Below are positions 39,618 through 47,662 of a stretch of DNA of 64,000 bases, piece after piece. This DNA comes from Oscillospiraceae bacterium (GTDB lineage Bacteria; Bacillota; Clostridia; Oscillospirales; Oscillospiraceae). The notes beneath the pieces are model-generated. The model was not told the DNA's origin, searched no databases, and worked only from the letters and a program-made list of their open reading frames with translations. The stretch spans positions 3,796-67,795 of the forward strand of contig JAJQCF010000028.1 in assembly GCA_021202845.1 (NCBI GenBank). The letters run 5' to 3'. The first letter of the stretch is position 1. Every line of letters begins with the position of its first letter. A program made the position numbers and the translations under genes.

Positions 39618-40309
39618 GCGAAAAGTACAAAATTCTGATAGTAGAGGACGACGAGGACATCAGCATGGTCGAGCAGGTGTACCTTGAGAGCAGCGGCTAT
39701 GAAACCCACGTCGAGCACAGCGGCGTGAACATTGAGGAAATACTGGACAGCGGCAAGTTCGACCTCGTGCTGCTGGACGTTATGCTGCCGGGGCGCAACG
39801 GCTACGACATCTGCCGCGCCATAAGGGAGAAGTATACCATGCCCATACTCATGGTGACGGCCAAGACGGAGTCCATTGACAAGGTGCGCGGGCTGAACAT
39901 CGGCGCGGACGATTACATCACCAAGCCCTTTGACCCCGCGGAGCTGGTGGCGCGCGTGGGCGCGAACCTGCGCCAGTATGAGCGCGGCAGCGCGGCGCAT
40001 GAGGACGCGGACGAGGTGGTCGTCAACTCCCTGCGCATTATCAAGAGCGCGCACAAGGTGTATCTGGACGGGCGCGAGATTCGCTTCCCCAACCGCGAAT
40101 TTGAGCTGCTGCTGTTTATGGCGGAGAACGCGAATATAGTGTTCTCCAAGGAACAGCTTTTTGAAAAAATATGGGGCTGCGGCTACATGAGCGACAGCGC
40201 CACGGTCATGGTGCATATCAACCGCATACGCGACAAAATAGAGGCCGACAGCAAGAACCCGAAGATTATAGAAACCGTCTGGGGCGCGGGCTATCGGCTG
40301 AATAAATGA
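39614..40309 (+). CDS. OmpR/PhoB-family response regulator
   Basis: Receiver domain (ILIVEDDEDI...DLVLLDVMLPG) and a winged-helix output (...VWGAGYRL). The start overlaps the kinase stop (ATGA). Confidence 0.9.
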   Translation: MSEKYKILIVEDDEDISMVEQVYLESSGYETHVEHSGVNIEEILDSGKFDLVLLDVMLPGRNGYDICRAIREKYTMPILMVTAKTESIDKVRGLNIGADDYITKPFDPAELVARVGANLRQYERGSAAHEDADEVVVNSLRIIKSAHKVYLDGREIRFPNREFELLLFMAENANIVFSKEQLFEKIWGCGYMSDSATVMVHINRIRDKIEADSKNPKIIETVWGAGYRLNK

Positions 40310-40342
40310 GTTTTTTACGCAGCGAACGAAGGTTTTACGGAA

Positions 40343-40359
40343 TGTTTATGGATTGTTTA
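40343..40359 (+). promoter_or_regulatory. Direct repeat TGTTTA-N5-TGTTTA (candidate OmpR-family response-regulator site)
   Basis: Two identical hexamers with an 11-bp period, 34 nt after the regulator stop and about 110 nt upstream of the next gene. Confidence 0.35.
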
Positions 40360-40466
40360 TGGTTCAGGGGCGAGAAAATTTAACGCGGTGATGTAAAATA
40401 GTCGATGTCGGAATCCCGCGAGATGTTATTCGAGCGCGGGAGCGGAAAGGAAAACTATACTGCCGA

Positions 40467-41075
40467 ATGAAATTTATCGACCACAAAACCTTGGCTGTGT
40501 TCTGGGCCAAAAACTGCGGCGCGGAGATGTCGCTTATAAACCGCTGCGCCTTTGTTTTCGGGAACATTCAGCCGGATATGAACGTGCTGACGTTCCTGCA
40601 CGGGTTCAGAAAACACCAAAAATTCCACGGCCACAACTTCAACAACGTCCTGCCCGTGCTGCTGCGCCTTGTGGAGAGCCGCGGCAAGAGCCCGCTAACA
40701 GTCTGCAACTATTACCGCCTCGGCAAGTGCCTGCACTACACGGCGGACATATTCACTTTTGCCCACAACGAGAGCTTCACCGGCGACATAAGCGAGCACC
40801 GGCGCTATGAGTTCGCCCTCCACGACCGCCTGACGGAGCGCCTTGACGAGTTCACCCCGCAGATGTCCCCGCTCACCACGAGCGCGGAGATGCTGAAGCG
40901 CACGCTCGTGGCCATGCACGACCGCTACCTTGCGGACGGCCCCGGCTGCGCGCGCGACTGCGGCTATATTTTGGGCTCCACAAGAATGTTGATGGAGGCC
41001 AGCTTACAGCCGGAGAAAAAGGTTATGCCGTATGCGAATTTTGCTTACAACAGACTGGTTTCTTCCCGAAATTAA
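40467..41075 (+). CDS. Hypothetical protein, possibly zinc-dependent phospholipase C-like
   Basis: 202-aa ORF with scattered His/Asp motifs (GNIQPD, HGHNF, HYTADIFTFAHN) reminiscent of the PLC/P1-nuclease zinc fold. The assignment is weak, and the ribosome-binding site is poorly spaced. Confidence 0.4.
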   Translation: MKFIDHKTLAVFWAKNCGAEMSLINRCAFVFGNIQPDMNVLTFLHGFRKHQKFHGHNFNNVLPVLLRLVESRGKSPLTVCNYYRLGKCLHYTADIFTFAHNESFTGDISEHRRYEFALHDRLTERLDEFTPQMSPLTTSAEMLKRTLVAMHDRYLADGPGCARDCGYILGSTRMLMEASLQPEKKVMPYANFAYNRLVSSRN

Positions 41076-42201
41076 CGGCGTTGTCACCTCCGTGCTGGGA
41101 CTGCGCCGCGAGTTAGAGCGCGAGGGTCACAGCGTGCTTATCCTCACGCTCTCCCACGACCGCACCTCGCATCAGGAGGGCAGCGTAATTTATATCGCCT
41201 CCGTCAGCATAGACGAGATTTACCCGGGCGCGCGGGAAAGGCTGCGCATAGACCCCGCTTGGCTGAAAAAAATAACGAACTGGTGCCCCGACGTCGTTCA
41301 CTCGCAGTGCGAGTTCAGCACGTTCGGCATCGCCAAGCGCATATCCCGCGCGCTTGATATTCCGCTTGTCCACACCTACCACACGATTTACGAGGACTAC
41401 GCGCACTACGTCATTCCCGTGCGTAGAATGGGCAGGCAGGCGGCGCGGCTGCTGACGCGCAAGGCCTGCGGCAGCGTGGACTGGGTCATAGCGCCGACGC
41501 GGAAGGTGGAAAAGCTGCTGCTCGGTTACGGCGTCGCCACGCCCGTCTCCGTTGTCCCGAGCGGGCTGAACATGGAAAGATTCCGCCGCGCCAAGGCGCC
41601 AAACCGCGGCGACTGGGGCATTGCGCCGGACGAGACGCTGCTGATATACGTCGGACGGCTGGCGAAGGAGAAGAACCTTGACGAAATAATCCGCTGCCTC
41701 TGCGCCTGCCGCACGGAGCGCCTTGCGCTGCTGATTGTCGGCGACGGTCCCCACCGCGCGGCGCTGGAGCGCGAGGCCGAAGCCGCGCCGGAGAACATAA
41801 AAATCCGCTTCACGGGCGCCGTGCCCTCATCTCAAGTGGCCGACTATTACGCAATGGGCGATTTGTTCGTCTGCGCCTCCCAGAGCGAGGCTCAGGGACT
41901 GACATATATAGAAGCCGCGGCCTCCGGCCTGCCGCTGCTGTGCAAGCGCGACGACTGCCTCGGCAGCGTGCTTGTCTCGGGCGAAAACGGCTGGCAGTAC
42001 GCCGACGAGCGGGACTTCCTCGCCGCGCTCGCCGCTTTCATCTCCGCAGACAAAACCCGCCGCGCCGCTCTCTCCGCCGCCTCCCGCCGCATAGCCGCGC
42101 GCTACGACATCCGCACCACCGTCCCGCAGATATTGAACGTCTACGCCCAAGCCGCCGAAGCGCGGCGCGCGGACGAGGAACAAAAAAATAAGGCTATTTA
42201 G
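41032..42201 (+). CDS. GT4-family glycosyltransferase (diacylglycerol glycosyltransferase-like)
   Basis: MRILLTTDWFLPEINGVVTS... N-terminus and the C-terminal E-x7-E region (SEAQGLTYIEAAASGLPLL). Confidence 0.8.
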   Translation: MRILLTTDWFLPEINGVVTSVLGLRRELEREGHSVLILTLSHDRTSHQEGSVIYIASVSIDEIYPGARERLRIDPAWLKKITNWCPDVVHSQCEFSTFGIAKRISRALDIPLVHTYHTIYEDYAHYVIPVRRMGRQAARLLTRKACGSVDWVIAPTRKVEKLLLGYGVATPVSVVPSGLNMERFRRAKAPNRGDWGIAPDETLLIYVGRLAKEKNLDEIIRCLCACRTERLALLIVGDGPHRAALEREAEAAPENIKIRFTGAVPSSQVADYYAMGDLFVCASQSEAQGLTYIEAAASGLPLLCKRDDCLGSVLVSGENGWQYADERDFLAALAAFISADKTRRAALSAASRRIAARYDIRTTVPQILNVYAQAAEARRADEEQKNKAI

Positions 42202-42206
42202 CAGAA

Positions 42207-42236
42207 ATTATGCCGAGGCGAAAACCTCGGCATAAT
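42207..42236. terminator. Bidirectional terminator between convergent genes
   Basis: Perfect 12-bp stem ATTATGCCGAGG / CCTCGGCATAAT with a 6-nt loop. Confidence 0.65.
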
Positions 42237-42244
42237 CAGTATAA

Positions 42245-42880
42245 TCAGTCTTTGTATGCAAACTCGCTCACGGCGGCGTAGTCTGTTACGGTTATGCGGC
42301 CGTATTTCAGCTCCAGCCAGCCGCGCGAGGCGAGGGCGGAGAGCGCTTGGTTGACAGTGGCGCGGCTCAGGCCGAGGGCTTTGCCTATAAACTCCTGCGT
42401 ACACTCCAGCTCGTAGCCGAAAGCGGTCTTTTCGCACTGGCCATAGCGTATGCGGCGGCAGAGGAAGCGCGAGAGCTTTATCTGCGGGTCGAGCAGGGCG
42501 CTGTCGGCCAGCTGCTCGCACAGCACTATCACGTCGAACGCCATGTCGTCCATGACGGCGCTGCGGAACTCGGCGTTTTCCGCCATCAGCTTTTCCGCAA
42601 GAGGTCGGGGAAATGTGTAAATTACGCTCTTGCGCATAACCATTTCGTTCGCGCGGTGCTTCTCGCGGCGGAGGAACACTCCCGCAGCCAGCGTTTTCTG
42701 CGGCCACGTCGTCATAATTATTCTCTCGCGCCCGTCGCTGGCGAGTGAAAAAGCCTGCGTCAGCCCGGATTTGAGGTAGAAAAACTCATCCGCGCTCTCG
42801 CCCTGCCGGAAAAGTATTTCCCCCGGCATATATGTCTTGGGCGTGACGAGCGCCAATATGTCTTCGGATAGCTGTGCCAA
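42245..42880 (-). CDS. Crp/Fnr family transcriptional regulator
   Basis: cNMP-binding-like N-domain (GEILFRQGESADEFFYLKSG) and C-terminal HTH (TQEFIGKALGLSRATVNQALSAL). Confidence 0.8.
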   Translation of the reverse strand: MAQLSEDILALVTPKTYMPGEILFRQGESADEFFYLKSGLTQAFSLASDGRERIIMTTWPQKTLAAGVFLRREKHRANEMVMRKSVIYTFPRPLAEKLMAENAEFRSAVMDDMAFDVIVLCEQLADSALLDPQIKLSRFLCRRIRYGQCEKTAFGYELECTQEFIGKALGLSRATVNQALSALASRGWLELKYGRITVTDYAAVSEFAYKD

Positions 42881-42919
42881 TGCCGCCGCCTCCCCGCATG
42901 AATGTGCAGGGCTATCATA

Positions 42920-43831
42920 TCACTTTTCACTGCCGTTCGGCAAGCACTTCTCCGAAATTTTTTCATTTCTGGATTTAATCACGCTGTTGGCGGAGAACAC
43001 GGCCAGCCCGACCCAGATAAAGCCGAAGCAGACGAACTTCATGCCGCTGACCTCTTCCTTAAATACAAATATGCTGACGAGCAGGCTCACGGTCGGCCAG
43101 ATGTATTGCAGCACGCCCACGAGCGTCAGCGGCAGGTCGTTTATGCCCTTGCCGTGCAGCCAGAGCGGGAACGACGAGGCAAAGCCGGTGCCGATGAGCA
43201 GCAGAATTTCCCACCACTTCAGCGAGACGAGGTAGCCGTCGGCGCCGAAGCTGGTCGCGCCGAGGTACACGAGCGTTATCGGCAGCAGCGTCGTCATCTC
43301 CACCGTGAGGGTTATGGCGCTGTCGAGGCCGGAGCGCTTTTTGATAGCGCCGTTGAGGGCGAATGTGAACGCCAGCCCCAGCGCAATCCACGGCACGGAG
43401 CCCATTGCCACTGCGTAAATGATAACGCCCACAAGCGCGAAGCCGAGCGCCACGAGCTGCATTTTGTCATACTTTTCGCGGAACACGGTTATGCCGAACA
43501 GGAACACCATCAGCGGGCAGATGTAATAGGCCATGCTGGTGTCGGCCACGTGTCCGGCGTTCACCGCCCATGTGTACAAAAACCAGTTCCCCGCCATAAC
43601 CAAGCCGGAGCACAGCGACAGCAGCACGGTGGAGCGGCTGCGGAACGCGGGGCGAAACAGATAGAGCTTGTCGCTTATGGCAGCAAAAAAGATAGTGAAC
43701 GGTATGGACCACAGCATACGCTGGCCGAGTATGTACATGTTATCCACGCCGCTGAGAAATTTCCAATAGATAGGCATGACGCCGAATATGATGTTGGCGA
43801 CCACGGCGATTGTGATGTTAGACCTTTTCAA
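42920..43831 (-). CDS. rarD: EamA/RarD family transporter
   Basis: 303-aa, 10-TM DMT-type ORF. The N-terminus ...GVMPIYWKFL... is typical of RarD. TTG start follows AGGAGG. Confidence 0.75.
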   Translation of the reverse strand: MKRSNITIAVVANIIFGVMPIYWKFLSGVDNMYILGQRMLWSIPFTIFFAAISDKLYLFRPAFRSRSTVLLSLCSGLVMAGNWFLYTWAVNAGHVADTSMAYYICPLMVFLFGITVFREKYDKMQLVALGFALVGVIIYAVAMGSVPWIALGLAFTFALNGAIKKRSGLDSAITLTVEMTTLLPITLVYLGATSFGADGYLVSLKWWEILLLIGTGFASSFPLWLHGKGINDLPLTLVGVLQYIWPTVSLLVSIFVFKEEVSGMKFVCFGFIWVGLAVFSANSVIKSRNEKISEKCLPNGSEK

Positions 43832-43982
43832 GAGCAGCCCTCCTTGACATATTAACTCTTTTTATGAGTTAATTATACCTTGTCGGGAGGAAAAATTCTG
43901 TAAAGCGCTTGACAATCACAGCTTGTTACGGTTACTGCCGAGGTTTGTGACAAAGGACGGGGAGGCGTGGTTCTTTCAGCGT

Positions 43983-44011
43983 TTGCGCTTACGCCGCAAG
44001 TCTGCTATAAT
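43983..44011 (+). promoter_or_regulatory. Candidate promoter of the FHA-SEDS/PBP operon
   Basis: TTGCGC - 17 nt - TATAAT. Confidence 0.45.
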
Positions 44012-44039
44012 ATCCCCGTACGCGAAAGGAGGGCTTGGC

Positions 44040-45743
44040 TTGGAGGCTTTTAGTGATATTATCATTTCCGCGGCGCGGTGGGCGCTGCCGGTGCTTTCCG
44101 TTTGGCTGCTGGCGCGCTGCATGGCAAGTATGCTGCGCGAGAAATACGAGCCGGAGCTTTGGGCTTGGCTGGAGACCTCCGGCGGCGAAACGGCGGCCAT
44201 TCGCCATTGGGAGTGCATCATAGGCCGCGCCAAGGGCTGCGACATTGTCATCGACCGCGAGGAGCTTGCCCCGCGCCACGCCGCGCTCATACGCGACAGC
44301 CGCGGCGTCTGGACGCTCTACTCCCTCGCCGGAGGCGACGCGCTCTCCGTCGGCGGGCGCAGGGACGAGGGCGACGGCATCACCGTGGCCACCGGCGACA
44401 AAATCACGCTCGCGGGCGAAAAAGTCGTGTTCCGCGACCTCAGCGAAAAGCAGATTGAGGCCGCCGAGGCGCTCCGCAGCGAGGCCGGAGGCTATATCCG
44501 CCCGGGCGTGACGCTCTTTTTGCTCACGGTCATACAGCTGCTGCTGGTGCTGGAGTTCAGCGTCTACGCCGAGACGGAATACGTGCTGCCCATTGCGCTG
44601 AGCTTCGCCGCGCTCATCGCCGCCCAGTGGTGCTATTTTCTGCTCATGCGCGCCATAAACCGCTCGGGCTTCGAGCCGGAGACGCTGGCGTTCTACCTCT
44701 CCACGCTGGGGCTGGCCGTGGCCGCCGGCGCGGTGCCGGAGGATATGCTCAAGCAGCTTCTGCTGCTGTTTGCGGGAATTTTCACGTTTATAGGCGTCGG
44801 CTGGTTCCTGCGTGACCTCGGTAGAGCCAAGGCCATGCGCTGGCCGGTGGGCATTGCCGCCGCCGCGCTGCTGGCGCTGAACGTGCTCATGGGCGAAACG
44901 GTCTACGGCGCCACGAACTGGATAAGCATAGGCGGCGTGACGCTCCAACCCTCGGAGTTTGTCAAGGTGGCGTATGTCTGGGTCGGCGCGGCCACGCTGG
45001 ACAGGCTGTTCCGCAGCCGCAACCTGTTCTTCTTCATCGGCTTTTCCGCGGCCATTGTCGGCGCGCTGGCGCTCATGGGCGACTTCGGCAGCGCCGTGGT
45101 GTTCTTCGCCGCGTTCCTCATAATCTCCTTCATGCGCAGCGGCAGCTTTGCCACGGTGTTCCTCGCCATAGCCTCGGCGGTGCTGGCGGGATTTTTGGTG
45201 CTGACGGTCAAGCCTTACATCGCCACGCGCTTTGCCGCTTGGGGGCACATCTGGGACGACCCGTGGGACTCCGGCTGGCAGCAGACGCGCGCGCTCTCCG
45301 CTGCCGCCAGCGGCGGACTGCTGGGTGTCGGCGCGGGCAACGGCTGGCTGAAAGACATTTTTGCCGCCGATACCGACCTCGTTTTCTGCCTGCTGTGCGA
45401 GGAATTGGGGCTTATCGTGGCGTTTTGCGCAATGCTGGCGCTGCTGGCGCTGACGTTCTTTGCCGTGCGCAACGCCGCGCAGGGGCGCAGCAGCTTCTTC
45501 GTGATAGCGGCGGTTGCCTCGGCCGCGATAATGCTGGCGCAGCTGGCGCTGAACGTGTTCGGCTGCGTGGATATTCTGCCGTTCACGGGTGTGACGTTCC
45601 CATTCGTCTCGCGCGGCGGCTCAAGCCTCATCTCCTGCTGGGGACTGCTGGCGTTTATAAAAGCCTCGGATACGCGCCGCGGCGGCAGCTTCACCGTCCG
45701 CCTGCCCGTGCGCGAGGCTCACAGAAGGAGGAGCGAGAAATGA
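44040..45743 (+). CDS. FHA-domain / FtsW-RodA-SpoVE (SEDS) fusion protein
   Basis: I prefer the TTG at 44040, after AAAGGAGGG. It begins with an N-terminal TM helix and an FHA-like module (IIGRAKGCDIVIDREELAPRHAALIRDSRGVWTL). A polytopic SEDS core follows (...GVTLQPSEFVKVAYV..., ...LPFTGVTFPFVSRGGSS). Confidence 0.8.
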   Translation: MEAFSDIIISAARWALPVLSVWLLARCMASMLREKYEPELWAWLETSGGETAAIRHWECIIGRAKGCDIVIDREELAPRHAALIRDSRGVWTLYSLAGGDALSVGGRRDEGDGITVATGDKITLAGEKVVFRDLSEKQIEAAEALRSEAGGYIRPGVTLFLLTVIQLLLVLEFSVYAETEYVLPIALSFAALIAAQWCYFLLMRAINRSGFEPETLAFYLSTLGLAVAAGAVPEDMLKQLLLLFAGIFTFIGVGWFLRDLGRAKAMRWPVGIAAAALLALNVLMGETVYGATNWISIGGVTLQPSEFVKVAYVWVGAATLDRLFRSRNLFFFIGFSAAIVGALALMGDFGSAVVFFAAFLIISFMRSGSFATVFLAIASAVLAGFLVLTVKPYIATRFAAWGHIWDDPWDSGWQQTRALSAAASGGLLGVGAGNGWLKDIFAADTDLVFCLLCEELGLIVAFCAMLALLALTFFAVRNAAQGRSSFFVIAAVASAAIMLAQLALNVFGCVDILPFTGVTFPFVSRGGSSLISCWGLLAFIKASDTRRGGSFTVRLPVREAHRRRSEK

Positions 45744-47056
45744 AAACCGTCATGCGGCGCGCCTACGCCGCTCTGCTCGCCGCGGCGCTCATTGTCTGCG
45801 GCATGGCGCTCTACACTTACCGCTTTGTCACCGACGGCGCGGACTGGGCGAGCTTTTCCGGCAATCAGGCCGTCTACTCCTCCGGCGTGCTGCAGCTTGG
45901 CACGCTCACCGACCGCAGCGGCGTTGTGCTGGCTAAAAGCGCGGACGGCGTCTACTCCTACGCCGACGATTATCTGACGCGCGTGAGCTGCCTGCACGTT
46001 GTCGGCGACTACGGCGGCAGCATCGGCACCGGCGCGCTGACCGCCTTTGCCGACCGCTTGACGGGCTACAGCTCGCTCACCGGCCTTGCCGATGACGGCG
46101 CGGAGGTCGCGCTGACGATAGACTCCGAGCTGAACGCCGTGGCATACGAGGCGCTGGCGGGGCGCAGCGGCGCGATTATGGTGATGAACTACCAAACCGG
46201 CGAAATCCTCTGCATGGTCTCCACGCCCGCCTACGACCCCAACGAGGGCTTTGACGAGAGCGACAGCGCCTACGACGGCGTTTACATCAACCGCTGCATC
46301 AGCGCCAGCTACGTCCCGGGCTCGGTGTTCAAGCTCGTGACGCTGGCCGCGGCCATTGAGAACATTCCCGACCTCTACGAGCGCGAGTTTTACTGCTCCG
46401 GCAGCGTACAGGTGGGCGACAACACCGTCACCTGCACCGGCACGCACGGCAGCCAGACGGTGGAGCAGGCGCTTGCCAACTCCTGCAACTGCGCGTTTGC
46501 GGAAATAAGCCTCGAGCTGGGCGGCAGCGTTATCGGTGAGTATGCCGAAAAGTTAGGCTTTTGCTCCGAGCTGGACTTGAACGGCATCACGGTGAAGTCC
46601 GGCAGCTTCGACGTTGACGACTCCGGCTCGTCCTACACCGCGTGGTCGGGCATAGGGCAGTACAACGACCTCGTCACGCCCTACGCCATGCTGCGCTACG
46701 TGGCGGCGATAGCGGGCGGCGGGACAGCGCCGGAGCCTACGCTCCTGCTCGGCGAGAGCGGCGGCACGGTCAAGCTGCTCTCCGCCGAGACCGCAGAGGC
46801 GATAGGCGAGATGATGAGCTACGCCGTGACCTACTCCTACGGTGAGGCCACGTTCCCCGGCCTTGCGCTATGCGCCAAGAGCGGCACCGCCGAGGTGGGC
46901 GACGGCACGTCCCACAGCTGGTTCACCGGCTACCTGACCGACAGCGAGCACCCCTACGCCTTCGTCGTGCTGATAGAGCACGGCGGCAGCGGCCTGCGCA
47001 ACGCCGGCGCCGCAGCCAACACCGTCCTGCAAGCGGCGGTGGCGAGGGAGTATTGA
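45740..47056 (+). CDS. Class B penicillin-binding protein (transpeptidase)
   Basis: ATG at 45740 overlaps the upstream stop (ATGA). It has an N-terminal TM anchor and the motifs SVFK (SxxK), SCN (SxN) and KSGT (KTG-like). Confidence 0.85.
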   Translation: MKTVMRRAYAALLAAALIVCGMALYTYRFVTDGADWASFSGNQAVYSSGVLQLGTLTDRSGVVLAKSADGVYSYADDYLTRVSCLHVVGDYGGSIGTGALTAFADRLTGYSSLTGLADDGAEVALTIDSELNAVAYEALAGRSGAIMVMNYQTGEILCMVSTPAYDPNEGFDESDSAYDGVYINRCISASYVPGSVFKLVTLAAAIENIPDLYEREFYCSGSVQVGDNTVTCTGTHGSQTVEQALANSCNCAFAEISLELGGSVIGEYAEKLGFCSELDLNGITVKSGSFDVDDSGSSYTAWSGIGQYNDLVTPYAMLRYVAAIAGGGTAPEPTLLLGESGGTVKLLSAETAEAIGEMMSYAVTYSYGEATFPGLALCAKSGTAEVGDGTSHSWFTGYLTDSEHPYAFVVLIEHGGSGLRNAGAAANTVLQAAVAREY

Positions 47057-47165
47057 GGAGGAAACCATATGGAAGACAAGCAAATTGCGCTCAAGCCGTC
47101 CGCCGACCCGTTTTATTCCACGGACATATCGACAAGCGGAGTGGGGGAAATTGGAGGGGTGGGGG

Positions 47166-47183
47166 TTAGTTAGAATTGACTAA
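47166..47183. promoter_or_regulatory. TTAGTTAG-AATTGA-CTAA palindromic box (candidate DtxR-like operator)
   Basis: Contains TTAG-N6-CTAA (47170..47183), preceded by a second TTAG. Outer arms are TTAGT/ACTAA. Confidence 0.4.
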
Positions 47184-47301
47184 TAGGGTTTGCAGAAAAT
47201 TGCATTGTGCGACAATGTTGCAGTGATTAAATTATGCAGGGGGTTATTTTGGACATAACGCCGAAAATTTGGTGGGGAGTTAGCGTGGACAAATCTTTTG
47301 C

Positions 47302-47331
47302 TTGACATGATTTGACGCGAGGGTGTATGAT
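47302..47331 (+). promoter_or_regulatory. Candidate promoter TTGACA-18-TATGAT
   Basis: Read directly. Lies in the 600-bp intergenic region ahead of the NEAT-like genes. Confidence 0.4.
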
Positions 47332-47407
47332 TGAGGCGTGACGTAAGGGAGACCTGACGTGCGGTGCGGAAGCAGAGAAATGTTTGTGAAAAATGAATGA
47401 AAATCGT

Positions 47408-47431
47408 ATCCGGCGCGTGACCGGATTTTTC
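47408..47431 (+). terminator. Intrinsic terminator-like hairpin
   Basis: ATCCGG-CGCGTGA-CCGGAT followed by TTTTTC. Confidence 0.5.
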
Positions 47432-47439
47432 AAAGATGC

Positions 47440-47457
47440 TTAGTTAGAATATACTAA
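47440..47457. promoter_or_regulatory. TTAGTTAG-AATATA-CTAA palindromic box (second copy)
   Basis: Near-identical to the box at 47166 and overlaps a possible -10 (TATACT). Lies about 205 nt upstream of the NEAT-like gene start. Confidence 0.4.
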
Positions 47458-47662
47458 CCGCCCTGAAAACGGAGAGGGGTTATGAGAGAAACGGAGCGTC
47501 GGCGGATACGGTGGGCGGCAATGCGGGGCCGGGTTCGCATAAACTAACCTCCCGTGCCGGTCAGCATTTGGTATGCGTTCACGAATAGAACCGAACGGAA
47601 AATCTCCCTCTGTAAAAACCACATTTTGCCGCCGGACAAATCCGGCAGAAAGGAGTCAGAAA

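Noticed and set aside
40364-40567. 67-aa minus-strand ORF between the response regulator and the PLC-like gene
   Set aside because: It has no ribosome site, overlaps the plus-strand gene start and has no recognisable features.
45239-45739. Upstream extension of the PBP ORF (track ORF 45239..47056). Similar 5' extensions occur at 43923, 47573, 53273, 29388, 2729 and 56067.
   Set aside because: The extensions overlap the preceding genes or lack ribosome sites, and their translations are Arg/Ala-rich nonsense. Internal starts with GGAGG-type sites and sensible N-termini were chosen instead.
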